Origin: an uncultured bacterium
GTDB taxonomy: Bacteria; Patescibacteriota; Minisyncoccia; Phycocordibacterales; UBA9973
DNA: 64,000 bases
Direction: 5' to 3'
Assembly: GCA_903892035.1 (NCBI GenBank)
Contig: CAITGV010000002.1
Span: forward strand, 1,714-65,713
Under the pieces are notes generated by a model. The model saw only the letters and a list, made by a program, of their open reading frames with translations, was not told the DNA's origin and did no database searches. This document shows positions 18,269 through 28,686 of this stretch, one piece after another (within the stretch, counting starts at the first letter, position 1; each line of letters starts with the position of its first letter). Position numbers and translations under genes: made by a program.

Positions 18269-19291
18269 TTATTTTGACGCAGCTTTGATAACGTGTTCAA
18301 CGAGTGCGTGGGTATACCCCATTTCGTTGTCATACCACGCTAGGACTTTTACAAGGTTTCCACCGACAACGCGAGTCATTGCAAGGTCGGCAATTGATGC
18401 ATGTGGGTCACCTAGGATGTCGGATGATACAAGAGGTTCTTCGGTAACTGCAAAAACTTTTGACCAATTTGGATTCAATGCACCCTTACGCAGAAGATCA
18501 TTTACTTCTTCGACTGTAGTATTTCTTTTAGAGATAAATGTGATATCGGCAATAGAGCCTGCTGGAACTGGTACACGGATAGAAATACCATCAAAAAGTC
18601 CATCAAGTGTCGGGTAAGCTTTTGCGACCGCAATAGCAGCACCAGTGGAAGATGGAACCATATTTTGTGCCGCAGCACGACCCTCGCGAAGATCTTTTTT
18701 ACTTGGACCATCGACAAGTGCTTGAGTACCAGTGTAAGCGTGTGTAGTATTTAACAATGCTTTTTCAATACCAATACTTTCATTTAAAATTCCAACTACT
18801 GGCGAGCAAGCATTTGTAGTACAAGATGCATTTGAAGTAATAGCACAAGTTCCAAATTTTTCTTCATTTACACCGATAAGAATAGTCTCTCCAGGTACAG
18901 TGCCATCACCTTTTGCAGGAGCAGAAATGACAACTTTTTTAGCTCCACAATCAATATGAAATTTTGCTTTTTCAAATGAAGTAAAAAGTCCAGTGGATTC
19001 AATGACAATATCGATATTCATTGCGCCCCATGGAAGTTTAGTTGTATCTCTTTCCGAAATAAAATGAACTTGCTTTCCATCAACAAAAATATCTTTCCCA
19101 TCATTTTTTATATCGTGATTCCATTTATGATACACCGTATCGTATTTAAGTAGATATGAAAGAGATTCAATTGAACCTAAATCGTTTACTGCAACAATAT
19201 CTAATTCAGGATGTTCCCATCCAACTTTTAAAAATGCACGACCAATACGACCAAAACCATTTATCGCAACACGAATTTTTTTGTTTTCCAT
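18269..19291 (-). CDS. gap: glyceraldehyde-3-phosphate dehydrogenase
   Basis: INGFGRIGR NAD-binding motif. Catalytic SCTTNACSP. 340 aa. Confidence 0.95.
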   Translation of the reverse strand: MENKKIRVAINGFGRIGRAFLKVGWEHPELDIVAVNDLGSIESLSYLLKYDTVYHKWNHDIKNDGKDIFVDGKQVHFISERDTTKLPWGAMNIDIVIESTGLFTSFEKAKFHIDCGAKKVVISAPAKGDGTVPGETILIGVNEEKFGTCAITSNASCTTNACSPVVGILNESIGIEKALLNTTHAYTGTQALVDGPSKKDLREGRAAAQNMVPSSTGAAIAVAKAYPTLDGLFDGISIRVPVPAGSIADITFISKRNTTVEEVNDLLRKGALNPNWSKVFAVTEEPLVSSDILGDPHASIADLAMTRVVGGNLVKVLAWYDNEMGYTHALVEHVIKAASK

Positions 19292-19342
19292 ATAGCGACA
19301 TTATATCAGAAAAATATAAATCAGGAAATTTATAATTCATTC

Positions 19343-19365
19343 ACTTGGTACTCCGACTACCAAGT
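19343..19365. repeat. REP unit ACTTGGTACTCCGACTACCAAGT (8-bp stem, 7-nt loop), 19 bp upstream of the RAYT start
   Basis: Read directly. Same unit as 19555, 19831 and the halves of 1355-1396, here with loop CTCCGAC (inverted relative to the intragenic copies). Confidence 0.85.
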
Positions 19366-19384
19366 GATATACTTAACTTAATCT

Positions 19385-20017
19385 ATGAGAAATCACAAAT
19401 TTACTGAAGGTGAATACTATCATATATATAATCGTGGCACGGAAAAAAGAGATATCATTTTAGATCAGTATGATCTCCATAGATTTATGAAAAGTTTAAT
19501 AGAATTCAATAGAATTGAGCCTATAGGTAGTTTGTATGAATTATCATTCCAAGAACTTGGTAGTCGGAGTACTAAGTTAAAGAAAAACAAACTAGTTTCA
19601 ATTATTGCGTATTGTATAAATACAAATCACTTCCATTTAATTCTTACTCCACTAGTAGAAAAAGGTATCGAAAAGTTTATGCAAAGAATGGCTGGATATA
19701 CTAGATATTTTAATGAAAAAAATAAGCGAACAGGTGTATTATTTCAAGGTAAATTTAAATCTAAGCATGTTGGATACAATAATTATCTAAATCATTTGAG
19801 TGCATATGTGAATATGAATAATTTAGATAAACTTGGTAGTCGGAGTACCAAGTTGAGCAGGTCTAGTTTAGAGGAGTATATTGATGTGAACTTTGGCGGT
19901 GGTATTTGTGATACATCTATCGTACTTGATCAATTTAAGAGTAAAAAGGACTATTTAAAATTTGCAAAAGAGTCTTGGGCGGATACTCTGGAGAGGAAAA
20001 AGTATCTGGAAATTTAG
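19385..20017 (+). CDS. REP-associated tyrosine transposase (RAYT, IS200/IS605-like Y1 HUH transposase) carrying two in-frame REP insertions
   Basis: Conserved YHIYNRGTEKRDI, HUH motif HFHLIL, FQGKFKS and a Tyr in AYVNMN match the RAYT/TnpA_REP family. Two copies of the REP unit lie inside the ORF, each translated as LGSRSTKL. Confidence 0.75.
   Translation: MRNHKFTEGEYYHIYNRGTEKRDIILDQYDLHRFMKSLIEFNRIEPIGSLYELSFQELGSRSTKLKKNKLVSIIAYCINTNHFHLILTPLVEKGIEKFMQRMAGYTRYFNEKNKRTGVLFQGKFKSKHVGYNNYLNHLSAYVNMNNLDKLGSRSTKLSRSSLEEYIDVNFGGGICDTSIVLDQFKSKKDYLKFAKESWADTLERKKYLEI
19555..19577. repeat. REP unit ACTTGGTAGTCGGAGTACTAAGT (one mismatch) inside the RAYT ORF
   Basis: Read directly. In frame; encodes ELGSRSTKL between the N-terminal motif and the HUH motif. 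Confidence 0.8.
19831..19853. repeat. REP unit ACTTGGTAGTCGGAGTACCAAGT inside the RAYT ORF
   Basis: Read directly. In frame; encodes KLGSRSTKL just after the catalytic-Tyr region. Confidence 0.85.
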
Positions 20018-20553
20018 AGATTTTTTATCTCAGAATTAATTGAATCTCTTTCCTTAGCTGAAAGGTCATAGGTAATTGCTTCACATCCTGCATAGCTATA
20101 CGTCAATCCCAATCCTATTAGTGGTCTGCCTCCAATATCAAGACATTGTTGCGGTGAAAACTGTTCAACATACACCCAAGATTTTCCACCGTTTTCAGGA
20201 CAAACATCACCGAAGCAGTAACTAATAAATTTAACCTCCCTGTTGTTGTAGTAGTAGTATCCGCTTGGAAATTTATAAGAAAATTCTTTTGGGTGAGCAT
20301 TTAAAGGGTTCTGTATATAAACACCGGCATATGTTGTCCCTAAAAATGCAACACAAACGAGAACAATAATTGTAATTCTGAGTGCTTTTGGGGTGGCAAA
20401 AATAATACAAGAAATGATATATAAAATAAGAACAGCTATCAACCCCAGTGGCCTGATAATTGGAAGCTCTCCGTGGCTATAAAAGTACAAAGAAAAAAAC
20501 ATAACAATAGTTAATACTATTTTTGATATGTTTGGTGATATTAATTTCTTCAT
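20014..20553 (-). CDS. hypothetical membrane protein with Cys-containing extracytoplasmic domain
   Basis: 179 aa with three predicted hydrophobic helices then YYYYNNREVKFISYCFGDVCPENGG... No family recognised. Confidence 0.4.
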   Translation of the reverse strand: MKKLISPNISKIVLTIVMFFSLYFYSHGELPIIRPLGLIAVLILYIISCIIFATPKALRITIIVLVCVAFLGTTYAGVYIQNPLNAHPKEFSYKFPSGYYYYNNREVKFISYCFGDVCPENGGKSWVYVEQFSPQQCLDIGGRPLIGLGLTYSYAGCEAITYDLSAKERDSINSEIKNL

Positions 20554-20564
20554 ATTAGTACTGC

Positions 20565-21980
20565 CTATTTTAGCAAATCTATTAATAATTGTCTTGCTAG
20601 TGCGGGGTTTGCGCTTCCTTTTGTTTCTTTCATTATTGCCCCAACTAGACCCATGATTGCGGTCTCTTTCCCCCCTTTATAGTCTGCCACAACCTTTGGA
20701 TTAGCATTAATAATTTTTTGTGCAATCTCTTTTAGCGCCCCTTCATCATTTTTTTGGAGTAAATCTTTTTCTGTTGCAATTTTCATTGGTGAATCATCGA
20801 CAAGCACAATCATTGCAAGTATATCTTTTGCACTTCGTGAGTTTATTTTTGAACTTATTACCATATCAATCAATTCTGCAAAATTTCCAGCTTTTGGGAG
20901 CTTAGCTTCCAAATTTACTTTCTGTAGCCCAAGGAGATCTGAAGTAATATAATTTGAAGCAATACGAATTTTTTCTTTATCATTTAAAATATCAGCTACA
21001 GCTTCGAACCAATGTGCAAGCTCTGGTGTAGTCACATAACTTTCGATGTCTTCAGCTTTAATACAGTATTTTTCTGCATAACGAATACGTTTAGCACTCG
21101 GTAGTTCAGGTAAATTATTTTTTAAGTCAGCATTATTAAAAATTTCGGAAAGTTTAAATTTTGTAATATCTGGATCAGGAAAATATCTATAATCATTTGA
21201 ATTTTCTTTCTTTCTTTGTGAAAAAGTAATCTGTTTATTTTCATCCCAACCGCGAGTCTCTTGCACAATTTCCTCTCCCCTTACAGACTCTAATAATTCA
21301 GTCATTCTTTCAATCTCGTATTCTGCCGCACGCTCTACCGCTCTAAATGAATTGATATTTTTGACTTCAACTTTGGTACCAAATTTTACAGGGTCAGCTG
21401 ATACTGAAATATTTAATTCAACACGCATCTCACCTTTTTCCATATTAGCTTTTGATACTCCAAGATATTGAAGTAAAAGTTGAAGTTCGCGTCCAAAGTT
21501 TCCTGCATCTTTTGCACTGTGAATCACAGGCTCAGTCACAAGCTCCATAAGAGGCACTCCGGCACGATTAAAATCCACAAGTGAATAATCTCCACCTGGG
21601 TGTTTATTTGTGCCAGTATCTTCTTCTAGGTGAATACGTGTAATTTTTACACCAGCTAGTTCTCCACCTGACACCATTGGGTATTTAAATTGAGTAATTT
21701 GGTAGCCTTTTGGAATATCTGGATAAAAGTAATTTTTTCTATCAAATTCAGTAAAATCTGCAATATTTCCATTTATTGCAAGCCCAACTCTAATCACAGA
21801 CTCAATTGCTTTTTTATTTGGTACAGGCATAGTACCTGGATGAGCCATACAGATTGGACAAATATTCCAATTTGGTCTCTCTTCATCTGGGTCATTCTTA
21901 CAAGAACAAAACATTTTTGTCACTGTATCAAGTTCGGCGTGAACCTCGAGCCCTATTGTGGTGTAATACTTTTTTTCCAT
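20565..21980 (-). CDS. gatB: Asp-tRNA(Asn)/Glu-tRNA(Gln) amidotransferase subunit B
   Basis: MEKKYYTTIGLEVHAELDTVTKMFCSC N-terminus. C-terminal GatB/YqeY domain. 471 aa. Confidence 0.95.
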   Translation of the reverse strand: MEKKYYTTIGLEVHAELDTVTKMFCSCKNDPDEERPNWNICPICMAHPGTMPVPNKKAIESVIRVGLAINGNIADFTEFDRKNYFYPDIPKGYQITQFKYPMVSGGELAGVKITRIHLEEDTGTNKHPGGDYSLVDFNRAGVPLMELVTEPVIHSAKDAGNFGRELQLLLQYLGVSKANMEKGEMRVELNISVSADPVKFGTKVEVKNINSFRAVERAAEYEIERMTELLESVRGEEIVQETRGWDENKQITFSQRKKENSNDYRYFPDPDITKFKLSEIFNNADLKNNLPELPSAKRIRYAEKYCIKAEDIESYVTTPELAHWFEAVADILNDKEKIRIASNYITSDLLGLQKVNLEAKLPKAGNFAELIDMVISSKINSRSAKDILAMIVLVDDSPMKIATEKDLLQKNDEGALKEIAQKIINANPKVVADYKGGKETAIMGLVGAIMKETKGSANPALARQLLIDLLK

Positions 21981-22000
21981 GAATTCAGTATAGCAGAAAT

Positions 22001-23008
22001 TTATTCGCGAATCAGCTTGACTAATTCATCACTAAATTTTTTGACGCTTTTATCGTCATATAGAGAAATTGTATAAACAGGCTTTTTGAGTTTTTTAAAC
22101 TCCGCAACTTTTTTGGCAATTATTTTTTCTTTAGTATTTAATTTAGTTTTTCCATCTTCAACTACATCTGTTTTGGTTAATAAAATTATTTCATCTTTTT
22201 CATCAAGACCATTACCATAGGCTTTCAATTCCTTTCGAATTTGTTTATAAACCTTCATCATTCCCCCCTTTTCAATTTCATTTTCAAAAGAAATTAGGTG
22301 AAGAATTTTTTTAGTTCTCATAATGTGACGAAGAAATTTCACACCTAAGCCTTTGCCTTCACTTGCACCTTCTATAACACCAGGAATGTCAGCAATGATG
22401 TGCCCATAAAAGTCTCCAAGATTTGGGTCGAGGGTTGTAAAAGCGTAATCACCTATTTTTGCACGAGAATTTGTTAAAGCATTTAGAAGTGAGCTTTTTC
22501 CTGCATTTGGAAGTCCAACCAAGCCCATATCTGCAAAAAGTCGGAGCTCAATATGAAAGTCAGCATCGTCACCAGGTTTACCTTTTGTGGCCTTTGTGGG
22601 TGTAGTATTGATTGAACTTTTGTAATGTTCATTTCCATTTCCACCAAATCCACCTTTCAATAAAAGTATTTTTTGACCCTCTTCCACAAGCTCGTAAGTA
22701 TTTCCATTTTGCTTATTTGTAATTAAAGAGCCGACAGGTAATTCAAAAAAAAGTTTAACGCCATTTGCACCGTGTTTACTTCCACCCATTCCGTTTTCAC
22801 CACGTCCAGCTTTAAATTCCTTTTTGTGACGGTATTCTGCAAGTTTAAACGGATCACGGCAACCAAGGGCGTATACATCACCACCGTGTCCACCATCTCC
22901 TCCATTTGGTCCACCTTTATCAATAAATTTTTCATGACGCCATCGTACAACACCGTCGCCTCCACGTCCTGCTTCAAGATTCACATTGATTTCATCTATA
23001 AATGCCAT
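22001..23008 (-). CDS. obg: GTPase Obg (short form)
   Basis: Gly-rich Obg fold N-terminus (GGDGG, GGHGGDV). G-domain motifs [10 protein letters not shown] and [10 protein letters not shown]. Confidence 0.95.
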   Translation of the reverse strand: MAFIDEINVNLEAGRGGDGVVRWRHEKFIDKGGPNGGDGGHGGDVYALGCRDPFKLAEYRHKKEFKAGRGENGMGGSKHGANGVKLFFELPVGSLITNKQNGNTYELVEEGQKILLLKGGFGGNGNEHYKSSINTTPTKATKGKPGDDADFHIELRLFADMGLVGLPNAGKSSLLNALTNSRAKIGDYAFTTLDPNLGDFYGHIIADIPGVIEGASEGKGLGVKFLRHIMRTKKILHLISFENEIEKGGMMKVYKQIRKELKAYGNGLDEKDEIILLTKTDVVEDGKTKLNTKEKIIAKKVAEFKKLKKPVYTISLYDDKSVKKFSDELVKLIRE

Positions 23009-23012
23009 AAAA

Positions 23013-23897
23013 TTAAATTGCTTTTTGTGCGAGGGCTATTGCCCCTGCACGTGAATTGGTAACTGCCATAAAAAGTCCATTGTGACAAAAAATTGCATCA
23101 GGAACACCAGAAGCTTTTGCCATGTCCTCATCCCTCATTCCGGCCCAAGCATGTGGTAAATATTTCCTACATTCAAATGATCCAAGTTTTACACGCACAC
23201 CTTCAACTTTCCAATTTCCGTCTGGTCTTGGGGCTACAACAAAAAGTGTTTCTGGGTAATTTATGGCAATTTCTTCCCAAGGATATTTACCATCGAGAAC
23301 GAGGATTTTCTTGTCTGTTGTTTCTCTGTAAATTTTATTTACCAATGCTTCACCCTGCACAGCATCTATCATTCTAGAAATTTCTCTCATTAAAATTTCT
23401 TGTGCAAATTTTACAACTTCCATAAAAGGTTTATCGTAGTCTTCGCCTTCTTTCCAACTTGGTCTAAAAGCATAAAAAGCACTTTGAATTAAATAAGGTG
23501 GTAGGTGAATTCGTAGGTCGAATAAATTAATTCCATTGTCACCGGCATCGATTGACTGAACTAATTTTTCATCAATTTTATCTGCAACTGTCTTTGAACC
23601 ACATAGTTGCTCTCCGAACTTTTTCCAAACCAAACCGAAAGATGCATATGGAATGCTGTTTGGTCTTAGACCTGCTCCGCCAATTTGATGGTGATCAAAA
23701 TGATTCTTTTCGGGATTATGTTCGCCACCTACATCTACAACATAGTCTGCACTATCAATAATATTTTTGTCCCTCGTGCGAATAATTTTTGCTTTATTTT
23801 CTAAAAGTATTAAGAGTGTCGCACAAGCAAAAATATCGTCAGCATGAAAACTTCCGTTGTGAGCCACTATAGTTTTTTTCTTTGTAAATATACTCAT
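23013..23897 (-). CDS. MYG1/UPF0160-family metal-dependent hydrolase
   Basis: [10 protein letters not shown]-terminal motif and HHQ cluster typical of the UPF0160 family. Confidence 0.6.
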   Translation of the reverse strand: MSIFTKKKTIVAHNGSFHADDIFACATLLILLENKAKIIRTRDKNIIDSADYVVDVGGEHNPEKNHFDHHQIGGAGLRPNSIPYASFGLVWKKFGEQLCGSKTVADKIDEKLVQSIDAGDNGINLFDLRIHLPPYLIQSAFYAFRPSWKEGEDYDKPFMEVVKFAQEILMREISRMIDAVQGEALVNKIYRETTDKKILVLDGKYPWEEIAINYPETLFVVAPRPDGNWKVEGVRVKLGSFECRKYLPHAWAGMRDEDMAKASGVPDAIFCHNGLFMAVTNSRAGAIALAQKAI

Positions 23898-23898
23898 A

Positions 23899-24498
23899 TT
23901 ATTTATTCAAATTTTCTTCACTCAATTCATAAATAAAACTAGCCAATTTTTGAAGTAATACAAACCCTATAATAAATGCAACAATTAATAATGTAAACCA
24001 TTTAAAGTTGTGACTAATTTTTATTGCTTCACTACTAAAGAAATAACCAATTGACAGAAGTGCGGTAAGCCATATTGCTGACGATGAAAGTTCGGCTGAA
24101 GCATATGTTTTAAAATTCACTTTTGAATATCCGGAAAAAATAAGTGTGAAATGATTCATGCCGTATATAAACTTTGAAATAAATATTGACCAAAATGGTT
24201 TTTGTTTAAATTTTGGTAAAACATAATTTATTTTCCTCTCAATAAAACTAAATAAACGATTTTGCATGCGACGAGAAGATAAAAATATTCCTAAATAATA
24301 CCAAATTATTGTTTTCATTATTGAACCAGCAATTGCTATATAAAGAACTTGCCAGAAAGTCACAGCCCCCAAGTGTGTCAAAATTCCAGCGAAAATCAAA
24401 ACCACCTCACCCTCTATTATTATCCAAAGTAATAAAATTAATAATGAAAAAGTTTGGTGCGATGTAATAAAGTGATTTAATAAATTAATTGTATTCAT
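23899..24498 (-). CDS. DedA/SNARE-associated-like membrane protein
   Basis: Polytopic, about 199 aa. Weak resemblance to DedA-type proteins. Confidence 0.35.
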   Translation of the reverse strand: MNTINLLNHFITSHQTFSLLILLLWIIIEGEVVLIFAGILTHLGAVTFWQVLYIAIAGSIMKTIIWYYLGIFLSSRRMQNRLFSFIERKINYVLPKFKQKPFWSIFISKFIYGMNHFTLIFSGYSKVNFKTYASAELSSSAIWLTALLSIGYFFSSEAIKISHNFKWFTLLIVAFIIGFVLLQKLASFIYELSEENLNK

Positions 24499-24499
24499 A

Positions 24500-24994
24500 T
24501 TATGAAAACAATGAATCCACTACCTCCTTTACTACACTGCCGTCTGCTTTTCCTTTCAAATCCTTCATTAAAGCCGACATAAGCAAGCCTTTTTTTGTAG
24601 TATCGGTAATTCCCAATTCAATTTGCTTAACTTTTGCAATGCTTATGACTTCAGATTTATCCATGAGCTTTGGGAGATAAATTTCGATATATGCATATTG
24701 GGCTTTCTCTTCATCTACTAAATCCTGGCGACCAGCACTTGTAAATTGCTCAATGGAGTCTTTGCGCTGTTTTGCAAGACGAGAGATCACAGCTAAAACC
24801 TCTTCATCGGAAAGCGTGTCTTGGGGTTTCTTGCCTTTTGCCACCAATTCATTTGTAATTGCTGCTGAAATTCCACGCACAACTGACAATTTAATGGCAT
24901 CTTTTGCCATCATTGCCTCTTTTATTTGATTTTTAATTGTTTCTTGTAACACGATACCATTATAGCAAAATATGTTATAATTTCCTATATGCAA
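24500..24994 (-). CDS. yqeY: GatB/YqeY-domain protein
   Basis: IKNQIKEAMMAKDAIKLSVVRGISAAI ... DEEVLAVISRLAKQRKDSIEQF matches YqeY. True start probably internal to the tracked ORF. Confidence 0.75.
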   Translation of the reverse strand: MHIGNYNIFCYNGIVLQETIKNQIKEAMMAKDAIKLSVVRGISAAITNELVAKGKKPQDTLSDEEVLAVISRLAKQRKDSIEQFTSAGRQDLVDEEKAQYAYIEIYLPKLMDKSEVISIAKVKQIELGITDTTKKGLLMSALMKDLKGKADGSVVKEVVDSLFS

Positions 24995-25717
24995 AAAAAA
25001 TTACTATTTTTAGATACAGAGACAACGGGAAATGAAGAAAAGGATTACTTATGTGAAATCGCATACATTTGTGGTGATATTAAGAAAGAGGCAATGTTTA
25101 AGCCTCAGGTTCCTATAACAGTGGGTTCTATGGCTGTGCACCATATTACAAATAAAATGGTCAAAGACCGCGGACCTTTTATTGGTAGTCCTGAATATAA
25201 TGAAATCAAAAATTTACTGGCTGATGAATCAAATATCTTTGTTGCACATAATGCAATGTTTGATATTAAGATGATTAAAAAAGAAGGTCTTGATGTAAAA
25301 AAATATATTTGTACTCTTCGAGTCGCAAGGCACCTTGATCCGGAAGAAAAAATTGAATCTTATAGACTGCAATATCTTCGTTATTTACTTGAAATAGAAG
25401 TAGATGGTACCGCACACGATGCACTTGGTGATGTGCTAGTGCTTGAGCAACTTTTTGCACGACTTCAGAAAAAAATAATGGAAACTGACAATATTTCTGC
25501 CGATGAAGCAATTGAAAAAATGATTGAAATATCTTCTACTCCATCACTTATAAAATCTTTCAAATTTGGTAAACACAATGGTAAAACTGTCGCTGAGGTT
25601 GCAAAAATTGATGCTGGTTACCTCGATTGGCTTCTTAAACAAAAAATGGAAAATGAAGGCGACGAAGAAGATTGGATTTATACCCTCCGCCACTACCTCG
25701 GCAAATTACCTATATAA
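24989..25717 (+). CDS. DEDDh 3'-5' exonuclease (DnaQ-like) with C-terminal extension
   Basis: Exo I FLDTETTG, Exo II HNAMFDIKM and Exo III HDALGDV motifs. Confidence 0.75.
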   Translation: MQKKLLFLDTETTGNEEKDYLCEIAYICGDIKKEAMFKPQVPITVGSMAVHHITNKMVKDRGPFIGSPEYNEIKNLLADESNIFVAHNAMFDIKMIKKEGLDVKKYICTLRVARHLDPEEKIESYRLQYLRYLLEIEVDGTAHDALGDVLVLEQLFARLQKKIMETDNISADEAIEKMIEISSTPSLIKSFKFGKHNGKTVAEVAKIDAGYLDWLLKQKMENEGDEEDWIYTLRHYLGKLPI

Positions 25718-25721
25718 AAAA

Positions 25722-25757
25722 AGCCCTCCATAAAAACGGAAGGCTTTTTGTTCGACA
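25722..25757. terminator. Hairpin AAAGCCCTCC-ataaaaac-GGAAGGCTTT flanked by A and T runs; bidirectional terminator for convergent genes
   Basis: Read directly. Confidence 0.5.
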
Positions 25758-25766
25758 GCTAAAAAT

Positions 25767-26201
25767 CTACATGCTTAGAGAAATATGTCTGAATTTTTTA
25801 CTAGGACATATTGCAACTTTCTTTCCTAATAATGTGTTTCCGTAGAACCAGCTACTTACATAATTGGAATCACTTACGTACTCTCTTACAGAAATAACTT
25901 TTTTCTCAAAAGTCATTCTTCTGCCTGAGAGCATGTCATCCACAGCATAGAAGTTGTAATTTCTTGGTAATTTAGCATAAAGAGTATCATTCTCTATACT
26001 AAAGTACTTAGAAAAATACATGGAAAAACTCATTGAATCCTCATCTGAAGATTGTGTCCTCAGATGAAGTAAGTGGATTTCCATTGAGTCGATTTTGTAC
26101 GTTTTGTCAATAACGTAATCTTTTGGTTTGAATTCATTTTGCCCAAAAATTACTGGGCATGTTAACAGTAGGAGACAAACTCCCATGATAATTTTTTTCA
26201 A
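25767..26201 (-). CDS. hypothetical secreted protein
   Basis: Signal peptide MKKIIMGVCLLLLTCPVIFG. 144 aa. No family. Confidence 0.4.
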   Translation of the reverse strand: MKKIIMGVCLLLLTCPVIFGQNEFKPKDYVIDKTYKIDSMEIHLLHLRTQSSDEDSMSFSMYFSKYFSIENDTLYAKLPRNYNFYAVDDMLSGRRMTFEKKVISVREYVSDSNYVSSWFYGNTLLGKKVAICPSKKFRHISLSM

Positions 26202-26286
26202 AATAATAATTATTTGATTGTTTTAAAGAATATAGACTATCCATATCCAAAGAAACTTTAACATTTTTATTGATATATGTCAATTG

Positions 26287-26316
26287 AAAAAACGCCATAA
26301 TATATGGCGTTTTTTC
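26287..26316. terminator. Hairpin AAAACGCCATA-atat-ATGGCGTTTT plus T-run
   Basis: Read directly. Downstream of the 26328 gene on the minus strand. Confidence 0.5.
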
Positions 26317-26327
26317 AAGATTTTGTA

Positions 26328-26597
26328 TTACTCTTTATCCTCTTTTGCGAACATTCGCATGAGTGAACTTGATATAATTACTATAAATACAGTGATGACG
26401 ATTGCATAGATAAATTTTGGTAAAATTCCATTTCCATCAAGTGGAAAGAAATATTTTATTAGTGATGATATTGCTTCATTCCATGCAAGACCGGCAACTA
26501 ATCCTAGTGCGGTAAAAATGTAACCCATTGTACGCTCTCGGAGTTCCCTCTTTACAACACTTGCGCTTTTTTTAATATTTGATATTTTGTTTTCCAT
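26328..26597 (-). CDS. hypothetical small membrane protein
   Basis: 89 aa with two hydrophobic helices. No family. Confidence 0.4.
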   Translation of the reverse strand: MENKISNIKKSASVVKRELRERTMGYIFTALGLVAGLAWNEAISSLIKYFFPLDGNGILPKFIYAIVITVFIVIISSSLMRMFAKEDKE

Positions 26598-26602
26598 AAA
26601 TT

Positions 26603-28501
26603 TTATTTATTTGGTTGCTCACCACCAGTTTCTGCATCTTTTATTTCTTCACCCTGAGTTTCTGGTGATGGATTTGCATCTGGATTTGGAGCTTCTCCAG
26701 CCTTTGACATTTCTTCGCCAACTTTTGAAAGCGCATCAGAAAGAGTTGACGTTGCATTTTTAATTGCTTCAATGTCAGTTCCTTCTTTAGTCATTTTCAA
26801 TGTTGTCATTTTATCCTCAATGTCTTTTTTTGTTTCTGGAGAAATTTTTTCACCGTAATCTTTCAAAGATTTTTCTGCTGTGAAGTACATCATATCTGCA
26901 GTATTTTTATGATCAACTATTTCTTTTTTCTTCGCATCTTCTTCAGCGTGAAGCTCTGCATCTTGTTGCATTTTCTTTATATCAGCATCTGTAAGACCTG
27001 AACTTGCCTCGATACGGATAGTCTGAGATTTACCAGAAGCTTTGTCCATTGCTTTCACGTTTAGAATTCCGTTTGCATCCACGTCGAACGTAACTTCAAC
27101 TTGAGGAATTCCTCTTGGTGCTGGTGGAATACCATCGAGAATAAATCGGCCGAGAGATTTGTTGTCGCTTGCCATTGGGCGTTCACCTTGAGTGATGTGG
27201 ATTTCCACAGAGGTCTGATTGTCCGCAGCGGTTGAGAAAGTCTGAGACTTGGATGAAGGAATAGTTGTATTTCGTTCTACAAGCTTTGTAGACACACCGC
27301 CTAGAGTTTCTATGCCAAGTGATAGTGGAATAACATCTAGGAGTAGCACATCGCGTACATCACCTTTTAGAACTCCACCTTGCACAGCAGCTCCGAGAGC
27401 TACGACTTCGTCAGGATTGATTGAAAGATTTGGAGCTTTGCCGCCAAAGAGCTTCTTCACTTCTTCAACAATCTTTGGCATTCTTGTTTGTCCTCCAACC
27501 ATTATGATTTCATTTATTTCACCCATTTTGAATGGTGAAGCTTCAAGAGCACGCTTTGTGATAGCGATTGATTGAGCAATAAATTCATCGGCAATTTCTT
27601 CGAGCTTTGCGCGAGACATTTTGATAAGCAAGTGTTTTGGACCATCTGCACCAGAAGTGATAAATGGAATATTTATTTCAGTTTCTACAGCAGTTGAGAG
27701 TTCAATCTTTGCTTTCTCAGCAGCCTCATCGAGACGCTGAAGAGCAAGAGGATCCTTCGTAATATCAATTCCACTTTCTTTTTTGAATTCTGTCGCGAGC
27801 CAATTGATGATTTTCTGGTCAATGTCGCGTCCGCCCATGTGAGAGTCGCCATCTGTAGATTTCACTTCGATAACGTCGCCAGAAACTTCCAATACTGACA
27901 CGTCGAATGTTCCGCCTCCGAAGTCGTACACGACAATCTTCTCATCTTTCTTTGTATTGAATCCGTATGCAAGTGCAGCTGCTGTTGGCTCATTGATGAT
28001 ACGCTTCACATCGAGTCCTGCGATAGCGCCAGCATCTTTTGTTGCTTTTCTTTGAGCATCGTTGAAGTATGCAGGCACTGTGATGACGGCTTCTGTGATT
28101 TTCTCACCAAGCTTTGCTTCCACATCAGCTTTAATTTTTCCAAGAATCATTGCAGAAATTTCTTCCGGACGATACCATTTATCTCCAACTTTCACTTCGA
28201 CACCACCATCAGTTCCTTTCTGAATTTTGAAAGGACTTGTCTTTTGTGCTTTTTGAATTTCTGGATCGTCGAACATGTGGCCCATAAAGCGTTTGATACC
28301 GTAAATCGTATTTTCTGGATTGGTCACTGCTTGGCGTTTCGCAAGAAGTCCCACCAAACGATCGCCATTTTTTGCAATAGCGACAATAGAAGGCGTCGTG
28401 CGATTGCCCTCAATGTTTTCTATAATCTTCGGCTGTCCTCCTTCAATTATTCCGACAGCTGAATTTGTTGTACCCAAATCGATTCCTATTATTTTTGACA
28501 T
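26603..28501 (-). CDS. dnaK: molecular chaperone DnaK (Hsp70)
   Basis: [20 protein letters not shown] and full-length Hsp70 architecture. 632 aa. Confidence 0.98.
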   Translation of the reverse strand: MSKIIGIDLGTTNSAVGIIEGGQPKIIENIEGNRTTPSIVAIAKNGDRLVGLLAKRQAVTNPENTIYGIKRFMGHMFDDPEIQKAQKTSPFKIQKGTDGGVEVKVGDKWYRPEEISAMILGKIKADVEAKLGEKITEAVITVPAYFNDAQRKATKDAGAIAGLDVKRIINEPTAAALAYGFNTKKDEKIVVYDFGGGTFDVSVLEVSGDVIEVKSTDGDSHMGGRDIDQKIINWLATEFKKESGIDITKDPLALQRLDEAAEKAKIELSTAVETEINIPFITSGADGPKHLLIKMSRAKLEEIADEFIAQSIAITKRALEASPFKMGEINEIIMVGGQTRMPKIVEEVKKLFGGKAPNLSINPDEVVALGAAVQGGVLKGDVRDVLLLDVIPLSLGIETLGGVSTKLVERNTTIPSSKSQTFSTAADNQTSVEIHITQGERPMASDNKSLGRFILDGIPPAPRGIPQVEVTFDVDANGILNVKAMDKASGKSQTIRIEASSGLTDADIKKMQQDAELHAEEDAKKKEIVDHKNTADMMYFTAEKSLKDYGEKISPETKKDIEDKMTTLKMTKEGTDIEAIKNATSTLSDALSKVGEEMSKAGEAPNPDANPSPETQGEEIKDAETGGEQPNK

Positions 28502-28576
28502 ATATTTTTATATATAGTTAATTAATAAAGATTGATAATTTATTTTACTCATCAAATATATCACATTTGCAGATAT

Positions 28577-28614
28577 TTTGACAAGTATTTCGTGACCGCT
28601 GAAAGCTTGTCAAA
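28577..28614. promoter_or_regulatory. Inverted repeat TTTGACAAG-N20-CTTGTCAAA in the divergent dnaK / PaaX-like promoter region
   Basis: Read directly. 9-bp perfect arms. Not a CIRCE element; no TTAGCACTC-N9-GAGTGCTAA seen. Confidence 0.35.
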
Positions 28615-28686
28615 TAGAGTATATATGATAGTCTATATGTATGTCAATCCCGTAGAGTGGATTTCCGCCACGGGACAAGGAAAACA

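Noticed and set aside
28502-28656. CIRCE (HrcA) operator upstream of dnaK
   Set aside because: No TTAGCACTC-N9-GAGTGCTAA-like element is present. The only inverted repeat is TTTGACAAG-N20-CTTGTCAAA.
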